Assembly (NCBI GenBank): GCA_903844815.1
Contig: CAIMVD010000375.1
Span: 8,918-72,917 of the forward strand
Direction of reading: 5' to 3'
Source: an uncultured Bacteroidota bacterium
GTDB taxonomy: Bacteria; Bacteroidota; Bacteroidia; Bacteroidales; VadinHA17
Length of the DNA: 64,000 nucleotides
Shown here one piece after another: positions 26,714 to 36,105 of this stretch. Each line of letters opens with the position of its first letter. Within the stretch, counting starts at the first letter, position 1. A program made the translations under genes and the position numbers. A model generated the notes under the pieces. It saw only the letters and a program-made list of their open reading frames with translations. It had not been told where the DNA came from and did no database searches.

Positions 26714-28756
26714 TCATTGGTTGTCCTCCATTTTTTTTGGAATCGAAAAATAGAAAACTGCACCCCGGTCAGGTTCTGCCTCTGCCCATATTCTTCCGCC
26801 ATGACGTTGAATAATTCTCTGCACATTTGCAAGTCCTATTCCGGTTCCTTCAAACTGGGTCGAAGAATGTAAGCGCTGAAATACCCCAAAAAGCTTATCA
26901 GCATATTTCATATCGAATCCAACTCCGTTATCCTTAATAAAAAAAATATATTCTCTTTTTTCTTCCGTATAACCGATCTGAATAACTGCAACTTCCCTGG
27001 TTCTGGAATATTTAACGGCATTATCAAGCAGGTTTACAAAAGCCTGACGGAGAAGATTGTAATCGCCTTCAACAACAGGTAATTTCGAAATTTCCCATTT
27101 TATCTTACGGTCGGCCAAAGAGTCTTTTATATGGGTTAGAGCATCCTCAATTACCTGATCCATTTTTAACCGTGATTTCTTCAGTTCAGAACGACCTGTT
27201 CTTGAGAAACTTAACAGATCGTCAATAAGTGTACCCATTTTCCGGGCTGAACTAACAATAGTGTTCAGGTACTTTCTGGCTTCTTCAGGTACTTGTTCAG
27301 AATACTTACTGGTGAGTATTTCTGCAAACCCATTAATATGCCTTAAGGGAGATCTCAAATCGTGGGATACGGAATAAGAAAAGGCTTCAAGTTCCTTGTT
27401 GGCAGCCTCCAGCTGTGAAGTTCGGTCGATAACCCGTTGTTCAAGTTCTGAGTTCAGGAATCTGATTGCTTCCTCTGCTTCTTTGCGATAAGTAATGTCC
27501 GTATTAAATCCAAACCAGGTGATGCTTCCATCCGGCAGTTTTTCGGGCGATGATCTGGAAAATAACCATTGTATCGGTTTGCCTGGAATCTGCACTCTGA
27601 ATTCACATGTAAAATAAGTGAGATGACTGGCTGAATATTCAATGTCGGCAATGACTCTTTCCGCATCATCAGGATATAATACTCTTGCGATTGGTGCGAA
27701 ATCATTTGCAACATCTTCCGGAGAACATCCGAAAATATTTTTTATGCCCTCAGAAGCCACAGGAACAAAATAGGTCCCGTCGGGTCTCCTTGTAAATTGA
27801 TAAATCAGGTCAGGGACATTTTCAGAGAGTTTTCTGAACTGAAGATCTTTTTCGCGGATTTTTGCCTCTTCAATCTTCTTTTCCGTGATATCCTGAAAAG
27901 CTCCATGTACTTTAAAAATTTTCCCGTTATCATCTCTTACCGCCTCTCCAATTGTTCTGACCCAAACTCTTTTACCGGTTGCTGTAATAATTTCCATTTC
28001 CTCATCATAAGGAATTCCTTTCACTGCGCAGTCGGTAAACACTTTCCTGATTTTTTCATGCCATTCAGGGGCATAAAAACTTATGCTCTCCTCAATAAGA
28101 GGCGAATAGCCGGGAGGCATTTCATGAATTGCTGCAACCTCGTCGGACCAGTAAGATCTGCTCTCGCCCAGAATGACATTCCATCCTCCGAATTTTGCCT
28201 TTTCCCCTGCAATCTTAAGAAGGGAAATTCGCTCCGCCTGCTCATCCCTCTGTAATGTGGTTTCAGTGATAAGATTAACCATATTTAACAAAAAATCCAT
28301 TACCGCCAGAACCTTTTCCTTTGAAACAACCGGGACATTATTAAGTGCTTTCAGGTATTCTTTTTCATTGAATCCATACATCATGGCCTGTTTTCTGAAA
28401 AAGGAGATATCGGGCTTTTCGAAAAAAAACTGCCCTGAAAACAGGTTTGCTATATGCTCCCCGCGGATTACTATAGGGGCGGCTACATCGATCAAACCAT
28501 TTAAACATTCATAGAAATGATATTTTTCTCCTTCGGCCATCTTTCCTGCCAATACAGTATCACTTAAGATACATTTTTTGGAAGTTTCAGGATTCAGACG
28601 GTGAAATTCAGTGCAAATTTGTCTCCATCCCGATTTAGTCAGGATATTCCCATCGAGATCTAAAATAGCAGTTACAAATCCTGTGGAAACATTGAAACCT
28701 TCAAGTAAGGTGCTCACTTTGTCAAAATCGATATAATCTAAAATTCTGGTTTTCAT
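26714..28756 (-). CDS. PocR-domain / PAS / PAS sensor histidine kinase
   Basis: 680 aa. The N-terminus (LLEGFNVSTGFVTAILDLDGNILTKSGWRQICTEFHR...CILSD...YECLNGLIDVAAPI) resembles the PocR ligand-binding domain. Two PAS modules follow, then H-box YSVSHDLRSPLRH and G-box FEGTGIGLANVQRIIQRHGGRIW. Confidence 0.8.
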   Translation of the reverse strand: MKTRILDYIDFDKVSTLLEGFNVSTGFVTAILDLDGNILTKSGWRQICTEFHRLNPETSKKCILSDTVLAGKMAEGEKYHFYECLNGLIDVAAPIVIRGEHIANLFSGQFFFEKPDISFFRKQAMMYGFNEKEYLKALNNVPVVSKEKVLAVMDFLLNMVNLITETTLQRDEQAERISLLKIAGEKAKFGGWNVILGESRSYWSDEVAAIHEMPPGYSPLIEESISFYAPEWHEKIRKVFTDCAVKGIPYDEEMEIITATGKRVWVRTIGEAVRDDNGKIFKVHGAFQDITEKKIEEAKIREKDLQFRKLSENVPDLIYQFTRRPDGTYFVPVASEGIKNIFGCSPEDVANDFAPIARVLYPDDAERVIADIEYSASHLTYFTCEFRVQIPGKPIQWLFSRSSPEKLPDGSITWFGFNTDITYRKEAEEAIRFLNSELEQRVIDRTSQLEAANKELEAFSYSVSHDLRSPLRHINGFAEILTSKYSEQVPEEARKYLNTIVSSARKMGTLIDDLLSFSRTGRSELKKSRLKMDQVIEDALTHIKDSLADRKIKWEISKLPVVEGDYNLLRQAFVNLLDNAVKYSRTREVAVIQIGYTEEKREYIFFIKDNGVGFDMKYADKLFGVFQRLHSSTQFEGTGIGLANVQRIIQRHGGRIWAEAEPDRGAVFYFSIPKKMEDNQ

Positions 28757-29049
28757 TAATAGCCATTTAAAATTTTACGATTAAACCCTGATTGAAGATT
28801 AATATCTATCTGCCTGTTTAATTAGGAATTTTAGAACAACGGCAATGTACAATATTATAATTTATATGAATCAATAAATCATATTTATACTTTTTTAACA
28901 GATCTGTCATAACCAAATATATTGCAATCTGTTAAAAAGCGATAGTTTACTGGTTGATATTAAATAATAAAGCAGGCTAAACTGAGTATTCAATTCACCC
29001 GTCTGAAGTACCGTTACAAAGTTATGGGTAAATCCATGAATCAATACAA

Positions 29050-30288
29050 TTACTCATGCCTTATTGACTCTATGGGTTTCAAATCAGCCGCTCTTTTGGC
29101 GGGCAGATATCCAAATGTGATTCCTACAACAACCGAAAAACCAAATGCGATAAAAATCGAGTAGAGGGCAAGCCAGGTCCTGACGGCTGTTACAAGCCCT
29201 ATTCCCAGTGAAAGGAAGACCCCAAGGAACACTCCTATCAAACCTCCTGTGATACTTATGGTCATAGCCTCAGTGACAAACTGACTCATAATATCGGATT
29301 TTTTCCCTCCTATTGCACGCCTGATACCAATCTCCTGTGTTCTTTCGAGTACCGAGGCAAGCATAATATTCATAATTCCTATCCCTCCGACTATGAGAGA
29401 GATGGCTGCTATTGACGCCAGTAAAAGATTGTAAATACGGCTTTCACGTTTCTCCTGCTCCATCAGCTCATAGGGAATAATTATGCTGAAATCGTCATTG
29501 TTGAAGTGACGGCGCGAGATAATACTCCGGATAACAGCCGCTGACTCTATTAGTCTTTCGGAATTTTCAAGTTTTATGGTCACCTGCTTCAACTCGCTCG
29601 ATAACGGATTCTGTTTCTGGATTCTGTTGCCAAAGGTTGAAATTGGTATATAGACATCATTATTCAGATCCCGCGCAGCCAGTTCACCAACGGTTTCAGT
29701 GAAGAGTGCCTTTGTCTGAAGCACCCCCGAAACCTCAAACCACTGATCGCCGAGCTTAACATTCTTACTTATCGGATCCTCAAAGGTAAAAAGCTCACGT
29801 GCAATATTTGCCCCTAAAACGCAAACCTTCAGATGCCTGTCGTATTGATCCTTATCAATGAAAGATCCCTTATCCATGCGGTAATTAAGGATCTGTGTCA
29901 CTTCGGGAGTAACGCCGATAACAGTTGCTTTCGATGATTTATCCCCGTACATAGCATCAACTTTAGCCTCCGACTGTGGTGCTATTCCCTTCACCCCCGG
30001 AACTATTTCGGTTATTGCCTTAGTATCGCTTAATGTCAATCCCTGTGAGAATTTCGTTCTGACCTCTTCCATATCTGTATCGGTCAGATCCTTGTCGCGT
30101 ACAATAATATTGCTTACACCAAGATCCTGGTATTTCGCCATGGCCTGTTTTTTCGCACCTTCTCCGATAGATATCATCGTTATTACCGACGCCGTGCCGA
30201 AAATTATGCCGAGCATTGTCAGAAACGATCTGAATTTATGGTCGCGAAGCCCATACACCGCAACCCTTATATTCTCTTTTATCTGCAT
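29050..30288 (-). CDS. MacB-type ABC transporter permease (MacB periplasmic core + FtsX domain), no fused ATPase
   Basis: 412 aa. TM1 FLTMLGIIFGTASVITMISIG, a ~250-aa periplasmic domain, then three C-terminal TMs with ERTQEIGIRRAIGGKKSDIMSQFVTEA and YLPAKRAADLKPIESIR, typical of FtsX/MacB permeases. Confidence 0.85.
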   Translation of the reverse strand: MQIKENIRVAVYGLRDHKFRSFLTMLGIIFGTASVITMISIGEGAKKQAMAKYQDLGVSNIIVRDKDLTDTDMEEVRTKFSQGLTLSDTKAITEIVPGVKGIAPQSEAKVDAMYGDKSSKATVIGVTPEVTQILNYRMDKGSFIDKDQYDRHLKVCVLGANIARELFTFEDPISKNVKLGDQWFEVSGVLQTKALFTETVGELAARDLNNDVYIPISTFGNRIQKQNPLSSELKQVTIKLENSERLIESAAVIRSIISRRHFNNDDFSIIIPYELMEQEKRESRIYNLLLASIAAISLIVGGIGIMNIMLASVLERTQEIGIRRAIGGKKSDIMSQFVTEAMTISITGGLIGVFLGVFLSLGIGLVTAVRTWLALYSIFIAFGFSVVVGITFGYLPAKRAADLKPIESIRHE

Positions 30289-30295
30289 TACCTGC

Positions 30296-31522
30296 CTATT
30301 TACTGGTTACTATATTTTCAGGAAGCACAAGTGCCTGGCCTGGCCTCAGCTCACCTGATACAACTGTATAGATATTATTTGAGGGTCCGGTCCTGATTTC
30401 TGTCTTCTTTAGTTTTCCTCTTTTTTTTGTAATAAGGTAATAGTGCCTGTTCTCCTCCAGAATACAATTATTGGGAACGTAAATCTCATCATCTCTTTCA
30501 TAGGTGATGTATTCGCAGCTGACCGTCATCCCTGGCTTAAGCCTAAGGTCCGATTCTGAAATCAGCACCTCAGTCGGGAAGACTTTCTTTTCGTCCTTTT
30601 CTATACAGACTGTGCCTATAGTACTTGTTTTTCCATGGAAGGGAACTAAGGGAAGAGCATCAAGCCTTACAATCACATCCAGTCCCGGCCTGATTTTGCT
30701 TATGTCATTTTCCATTACGAAACCCTTTACCTTCATGGTTCTGATATCGGGAATCTGTGCAACCGGGTTACCAAGATAAACAGCATCACCTACTTTGATC
30801 GTCTGCCCGGTGTTCCAGTTCTGTTCAACCACAAAAATTCCGTCGAGGGGACTCTTAACTACCATTTTGGAAAGTGTTTCCTGTGCAGCTTTAAGCTCGT
30901 TTTCTTTCTGAACTATCTTAATCTGCTGAATCCTAAGGTCAAGACTATCGAGTTTTGGTTTTAGTTCAAGATTTCGCTTAACTTTTTTGAGTTTTATTTC
31001 GGCTTGCCTGTATTCAAATTCTATCACCCTTCTTAAACTGACCGATTCAAAAGCCGATCGTTCGAGCAGTAGCTTTTTTATCTCGAAAGAAGCCTGTTCA
31101 TTTCGCAGCTGTGCCCTGAGATCCTGAAGGTTGTTATTGATCTGTGCCCTGAGTTTATTGGCCGAAGCGATTTCATTTTCAAGCGACTCACTCTTTTCTA
31201 TAATGAATTTCTGAACCGAGGAAGGATCTACTGTAATGACAGCCTCGCCTGTATGAACATTTTTACCATGCTCAGCAAGTCCTATGATCTTGAAATTATA
31301 TCCGTATGTTGAGTTTATTCTGGGCATGCCAAGGTAAGAGGCATTAACAGCCCTGAGCTCACCGGTCTCAATGACCGATTGTCTGAAGGGTCCTTTCATC
31401 ACGGAGTAGCCTGTACTCTGGCTTCTGTCGCATGATACCTGCAAACAAAACAGGACCCCGGTTAACAGAGATGTTATGCACTTCACTTTCAGAACTTTAA
31501 AACATAAGTATTTTATTTTCAT
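30296..31522 (-). CDS. HlyD-family periplasmic adaptor (membrane fusion) lipoprotein, paralog 3
   Basis: 408 aa. Lipobox LQVSC, lipoyl-like hairpin (GEAVITVDPS), a long coiled coil, beta-barrel and membrane-proximal regions (LKPGMTVSCEY). Confidence 0.8.
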   Translation of the reverse strand: MKIKYLCFKVLKVKCITSLLTGVLFCLQVSCDRSQSTGYSVMKGPFRQSVIETGELRAVNASYLGMPRINSTYGYNFKIIGLAEHGKNVHTGEAVITVDPSSVQKFIIEKSESLENEIASANKLRAQINNNLQDLRAQLRNEQASFEIKKLLLERSAFESVSLRRVIEFEYRQAEIKLKKVKRNLELKPKLDSLDLRIQQIKIVQKENELKAAQETLSKMVVKSPLDGIFVVEQNWNTGQTIKVGDAVYLGNPVAQIPDIRTMKVKGFVMENDISKIRPGLDVIVRLDALPLVPFHGKTSTIGTVCIEKDEKKVFPTEVLISESDLRLKPGMTVSCEYITYERDDEIYVPNNCILEENRHYYLITKKRGKLKKTEIRTGPSNNIYTVVSGELRPGQALVLPENIVTSK

Positions 31523-31546
31523 TTTCTGATTTCTGATAATTTTCCT

Positions 31547-32794
31547 CTATGATGGTCCTGAAGCCTTACTGTTTCCGTTCCCTTTTTTCTCCAATAACTC
31601 TTCCTTGTTTAGGAAGGGATTGGATAGGGCAATTGCATCATTCTCTTCAAGACCCTCAGTTATAATGGCAAAATCGGTATTGATGGCTCCGGTTTTCACG
31701 TCACGTCTTTTGAAGCCTGATCCTGACTTTAACCATACATACTCGAGTCCCTGCTCCCTGAAAAGTGATTCAAGAGGGATAAAAAGCACATTGGGAATTT
31801 CATTCACAATTATCTTACAGCTTACCGATAGCCCCGGAAGTAGTTTTTTGCTTTGCCCTGAAATCCTGATCTGTACAGGAAAAATCTTAATCCTTGATTT
31901 GTAGTCCTTATTTTGGGCCAGATTCGCGACCGATTCAACCTTAGCTGTATAGAGTGAATCAGAATAAGCATCGGGGCGGATCTCAACTCTCTGACCGGGG
32001 AGAATTTTTGAGACATCCACTTCGTTTATTTTAACCTCAGCCCTCATCTCCGCCAGATCGGGAAGCTCAATCAGCTTCGATCCGGAATAAGGCTGGTCGC
32101 CTATCGCCCATTTCTGTCCGGTGTTCCAGTTTTCCTCTTTAATGGCGATGCCCCTGGCAGGACTAACAACAAAGAGATTATTCATTGAGCTGTTTGCTTC
32201 GGCAAGGGTAGCTGTCAGCTGCTTCATTGTAAGCGATTTCTGAATGAGGTCTTCCCTGTGGATTATCTTCTTGTTTTCGATTTGCTCCTTTGCCCTGTTC
32301 AGGGCAATTGTAGCAGATTCCAGTTTTAAGGCGATCTCCTGTTTCGTTACTGAAGGTTCATAAATTGATGTTTCGAAATTTATCCTTGAGATCTCCTGCG
32401 AGATACGGGCCAGTTCCAGGTCAGCCTCAAGGTCTTCGATCTCAGATTGCTGCGTCGATTTAAGCTTTTCATATTCCGCTTTCGCTATTTCAAGCTGCTG
32501 TTCAGCCTGAATTATTGATCTTTTAATCTCGGAGGGATCGAAAACCATAACAGTGTCGCCTTTTTCAACCTCCTCCCCGTCATCAACGATTTTGGCTATT
32601 TTCAGAGAACCGTACCTGTATGAGATTACAGGAGCTGAAACTGAAATCGAATTTACAGCTTCAACGGTTCCCTGTTCCGTAAGCTCCTCAAGGAAGGTTC
32701 CTGCTTTAACTGTTGTTACCTGAACGTCAGAGACCTCCTTTCCCCTGCAGGATGACAGGATAATAAGAATCAGGAAAATAATTTTTCTGAACAT
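31547..32794 (-). CDS. HlyD-family periplasmic adaptor lipoprotein, paralog 2
   Basis: 415 aa. Lipobox ILSSC, GDTVMVFDPSE, coiled coil, LLPGLSVSCKI. Same architecture as its neighbours. Confidence 0.8.
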   Translation of the reverse strand: MFRKIIFLILIILSSCRGKEVSDVQVTTVKAGTFLEELTEQGTVEAVNSISVSAPVISYRYGSLKIAKIVDDGEEVEKGDTVMVFDPSEIKRSIIQAEQQLEIAKAEYEKLKSTQQSEIEDLEADLELARISQEISRINFETSIYEPSVTKQEIALKLESATIALNRAKEQIENKKIIHREDLIQKSLTMKQLTATLAEANSSMNNLFVVSPARGIAIKEENWNTGQKWAIGDQPYSGSKLIELPDLAEMRAEVKINEVDVSKILPGQRVEIRPDAYSDSLYTAKVESVANLAQNKDYKSRIKIFPVQIRISGQSKKLLPGLSVSCKIIVNEIPNVLFIPLESLFREQGLEYVWLKSGSGFKRRDVKTGAINTDFAIITEGLEENDAIALSNPFLNKEELLEKKGNGNSKASGPS

Positions 32795-32805
32795 TGGATA
32801 TGATT

Positions 32806-34098
32806 CTATTTAGGATTATGTAACTTAATTGAACCGGATTTAACTTTTACCTGTTTTCCATTGGCAATCAGACTATTTGGAGGTTCCGACAAGGCAATAA
32901 CCTCATCGCCTTTCAATCCGTATGTTATTAAAGTGTATGAACTGCCTGACGACCCTGTCCCGACTTTTACCTGGCTGAAGTTTTCTTTTTCCATCACATA
33001 AACAACTTTGGCGCTGTCCCTTTCAAAAATAGCTTGTGTCGGGATAAAAATTGTATCCCTGGCTTCACTCAGTATGATCTCGCAACCGGCGCTCAGACCT
33101 GGTTTCATTTTTGAATGACAGCTGTCAACATCAATTATTACTTCGTAAAATTTCACTTTGGAATCTGAATATTTCTCGGCAGTATGCCCCATCAGGCTTT
33201 TCCTGTTTACAATGCCGGTAGTGATAAGCCTTTTTGCGGCATCAACAACAATATTAACTTTCTGGCCTTTTTCTATCGTTTTAAAGTCGGCTTCAGCCAC
33301 TTCGGCTGAGACCTCCATCAGGCTGAGGTCGGGAAACTGAAGCACGGGCCGTCCCGGAAACATAACGCTTCCTTCTTTAACCGGCCCGCCAAAGGCTCCC
33401 ATTCCCGAAGAAGTAAAAAAATAGACTTTTGAGGATTCTGCCCGTGTGACTAAACCATCGCGCTGGGCAATGATAGTCAATGAATTAATCTGATCGGCCA
33501 TGGTCTGGGCCTTGGATTTCTCCTGGGCAATTCTGGCCTTAATTTGCCTGATGTCAGTCTCTCCGATCAGTTTAGTTGAAACCAGCTTTTTCTCTGTCTT
33601 CTGTTTTTCTATAAGAGATTTTTTCATCTCTAGTTCAAGCAATCTCCTTTCTACCTCCGAAGCAAATTTCATCTTAAGAGTATCAAGAGAAGAAATTTTC
33701 AACTGTGCTTCACAAGTCGCAAGCTGAGCCTCGAGAAGTGCAATGTTAAGCCGGTTGTCGGCTTCAGTTCTTTTCAGCCCTGCCTCCAGTGTTTCAACGG
33801 AAGTATTAGCTTCCAGATACATAGATTCCACCTCGGGTACAGTCAGGACACATATAGTGTCTCCTTTTTTCACGAAAGCTCCATCTTCAGCGAGTCGTAA
33901 GACAGTCATCTGGTAAAACATCGGGTTGGGAGGTATTACCGGGAAATTAACTACAGCCTGAACTGTACCCTGAACACTTATCTTTTCAGTATAATCTGAT
34001 TTGGTTAGCCTGAAGGTTATTACCCGGTTGTCTTTTTTCCCCGAACAGGAAAAAAGCAATATTGCAACCGGGAAGAAAATATAGAATATAACTCTCAT
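32806..34098 (-). CDS. HlyD-family periplasmic adaptor lipoprotein, paralog 1
   Basis: 430 aa. Lipobox LLFSC, GDTICVLTVPE, coiled coil, MKPGLSAGCEI. Confidence 0.8.
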   Translation of the reverse strand: MRVIFYIFFPVAILLFSCSGKKDNRVITFRLTKSDYTEKISVQGTVQAVVNFPVIPPNPMFYQMTVLRLAEDGAFVKKGDTICVLTVPEVESMYLEANTSVETLEAGLKRTEADNRLNIALLEAQLATCEAQLKISSLDTLKMKFASEVERRLLELEMKKSLIEKQKTEKKLVSTKLIGETDIRQIKARIAQEKSKAQTMADQINSLTIIAQRDGLVTRAESSKVYFFTSSGMGAFGGPVKEGSVMFPGRPVLQFPDLSLMEVSAEVAEADFKTIEKGQKVNIVVDAAKRLITTGIVNRKSLMGHTAEKYSDSKVKFYEVIIDVDSCHSKMKPGLSAGCEIILSEARDTIFIPTQAIFERDSAKVVYVMEKENFSQVKVGTGSSGSSYTLITYGLKGDEVIALSEPPNSLIANGKQVKVKSGSIKLHNPK

Positions 34099-34225
34099 CT
34101 AAAAAGATTCAGAAAGATCCCGTAAGTTTTTCTAAAACGCAGCTGGAAGAAAATTGTTGTTAATAAAATAACAGAAAGTATTGCATCAGTTAAAAAGAAA
34201 AAGCAATTTAATTCTCTGTATCCTC

Positions 34226-35557
34226 TTACATCTTCAAAAACTCCACTCTCCGGTTCAAGGCCTTATTCGAAGGAGAGTCATTGGGGGCCACAGGCTGACC
34301 TTCACCCATTCCGTCGGTTTCAATCCGGGAACCATCAACGTTGAAACTCTTTGCAAGTTCTGCCTTAACAGCAGCAGCACGCCGTTTTGACAGGTCAAGA
34401 TTGGCAGCATCGTTGCCATCCGAATCGGTAAATCCGACTATCTTTACTTTACCTGCTGGGTTTTCGTTTAATACTGCTGCAATATCCTTCAGGGTTCCGT
34501 ATGATTCCGGCTTGACAACATCCTTGTTAACATCGAAATAGATACCATAGGTAACAAGTTTCCCTTCTGTCAGAAGCTTGTTTCGGGTATCGGGCGCTCC
34601 AACTGCAATACGGATATTTGTTACCATTAAGGAGCCGTCCTCGAACCGCAGCCTGTCCATCTTCACTCCCTCAAGGTTAAATGCCTTGGGAAGGTCGAAA
34701 AGTTTGTTCTCATTCTGATAAAGCCTGACTCTGGCTTTCTGAACCCAGATTGCGATATGATATTTCTGATCCACCAACTGTTTATAATTGTCTCCTTCCT
34801 TATAACCTGTCAAACCGAGATTCTCTCCTCCGTCAAGATTTATATATGACTTGTAACTTGGTCTTCCGAAATACTCGACCTCATAATGGAATCCGGCGTC
34901 GCCGGGAACCCCTCCTGCATCATACGATTTCGGATTCTTGCTCTGCAACAATCGTACAGAGTACCCTGTCATGTTGTTTTCTTCACCTTTGATGGGAACG
35001 ATGTCAAATTCAACAGTATAGTTATCGGGAAGCGTAAGCAATCCGTCAGTCCATACCGCATCCCTTCCAATAAAACGCAACCAGTTACCAGGAAATAAGT
35101 TAGTAGTTACAACTTCAGCCGATCCGTTTGTATTCCAGAGAGCAGGAAAATCGCCCACCGCATCCTGGGTAAAATCTTCGTAAAAGATAACCTTCTGACC
35201 GGGAATGAAATCGTATTTCGAATAAACCTGAAGGGAAGGTGCTTCTTGCTCTTTAGCCTTCGTATCTCCGCTCTCCTTGTCTACCTCCTCTTTTTGTTCT
35301 TCAACCTGAACTGCCTGTTCTGCCTGCTCAGTTTTCTGATCTTCCTCAGCACCGGCTTTAGTCTCTTTATTCGCCCCTTCCTTAACGTCTTTTTCAGTTG
35401 CGTCCAAACCTTTATCTAAGCCCTGGTCGATGTTTTGGTTCACTTTGTTGACTGACTTGTTCTTTACCGATCTCAAAATGTTGTTTATCTGAGCATTACT
35501 ATTTCCTGATGATAAAAACATCAACGAAACTACGAGCAGAAAAATAAATTTTTTCAT
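34226..35557 (-). CDS. OmpA-family protein (signal peptide, E/K/Q-rich linker, jelly-roll-like domain, C-terminal OmpA peptidoglycan-binding domain)
   Basis: 443 aa. Signal peptide MKKFIFLLVVSLMFLSSGNSNAQ. C-terminus VKIVGFTDSDGNDAANLDLSKRRAAAVKAEL...NRRVEFLKM is a canonical OmpA_C domain. Confidence 0.85.
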   Translation of the reverse strand: MKKFIFLLVVSLMFLSSGNSNAQINNILRSVKNKSVNKVNQNIDQGLDKGLDATEKDVKEGANKETKAGAEEDQKTEQAEQAVQVEEQKEEVDKESGDTKAKEQEAPSLQVYSKYDFIPGQKVIFYEDFTQDAVGDFPALWNTNGSAEVVTTNLFPGNWLRFIGRDAVWTDGLLTLPDNYTVEFDIVPIKGEENNMTGYSVRLLQSKNPKSYDAGGVPGDAGFHYEVEYFGRPSYKSYINLDGGENLGLTGYKEGDNYKQLVDQKYHIAIWVQKARVRLYQNENKLFDLPKAFNLEGVKMDRLRFEDGSLMVTNIRIAVGAPDTRNKLLTEGKLVTYGIYFDVNKDVVKPESYGTLKDIAAVLNENPAGKVKIVGFTDSDGNDAANLDLSKRRAAAVKAELAKSFNVDGSRIETDGMGEGQPVAPNDSPSNKALNRRVEFLKM

Positions 35558-36016
35558 GAGCTTGTTTTATTAGGTTATTCACTTAAGTTGTATTATTATC
35601 TCATTGATTACTACATACTTAACTAAGATGCCGGTAAGGAATTGGCGATTTAGCAAAGGATTTTTCTAAATGGTAAGTGTAAAACACTTCACAAAACTAC
35701 TAAATACGTTCCTGTATTTTAGGTCTTTCCGGATCATGATATATATACCAACAGAAGTATATTACTGAATTTAAATATATTAAATTTTTGACTGATTAAT
35801 ATTATCTACTTTAAAGATACTATTTATTATAAAATTAAAATGGGAATAGACCTAAATAATTTCATTAAGCATTCAATGCATTTTAGCAAAAGGGAATTAT
35901 TACTAAACTTTGATGGAGTATTTTACCACCGAATCCACTCAATAATCCATGTGTGTTCACTCCCACACCCAATTGGATGGATTTAAGAACACTCTTCCCG
36001 GGCAAAAAGGGGGAAT

Positions 36017-36051
36017 AAAAAAAAGGCCTCCTCACTTATCATGAGAAAGCC
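36017..36051 (-). terminator. Rho-independent terminator downstream of the T9SS type A cargo gene
   Basis: On the minus strand: ggctttctca tgataag tgaggaggcc (10-bp stem with two G-U pairs) followed by T8. The plus-strand arms are 36025..36034 and 36042..36051. Confidence 0.7.
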
Positions 36052-36105
36052 TTTTTGCTAAAATATATTTTTAAAAGCCTATATCAGGTTATAAAGGTCT
36101 GAGTA

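Noticed and set aside
28892-28938. Inverted repeat tttttaacagat / atctgttaaaaa downstream of the permease gene, as a possible terminator
   Set aside because: The stem is almost entirely A/T with a 23-nt loop. That is too weak to call a rho-independent terminator with confidence.
35838-35984. 48-codon ATG ORF (MGIDLNNFIKHSMHFSKRELLLNFDGVFYHRIHS...) in the 550-bp spacer between the OmpA-family gene and the T9SS cargo gene
   Set aside because: It is short, has no recognisable motif and lies in AT-rich spacer. There is no evidence beyond an open frame.
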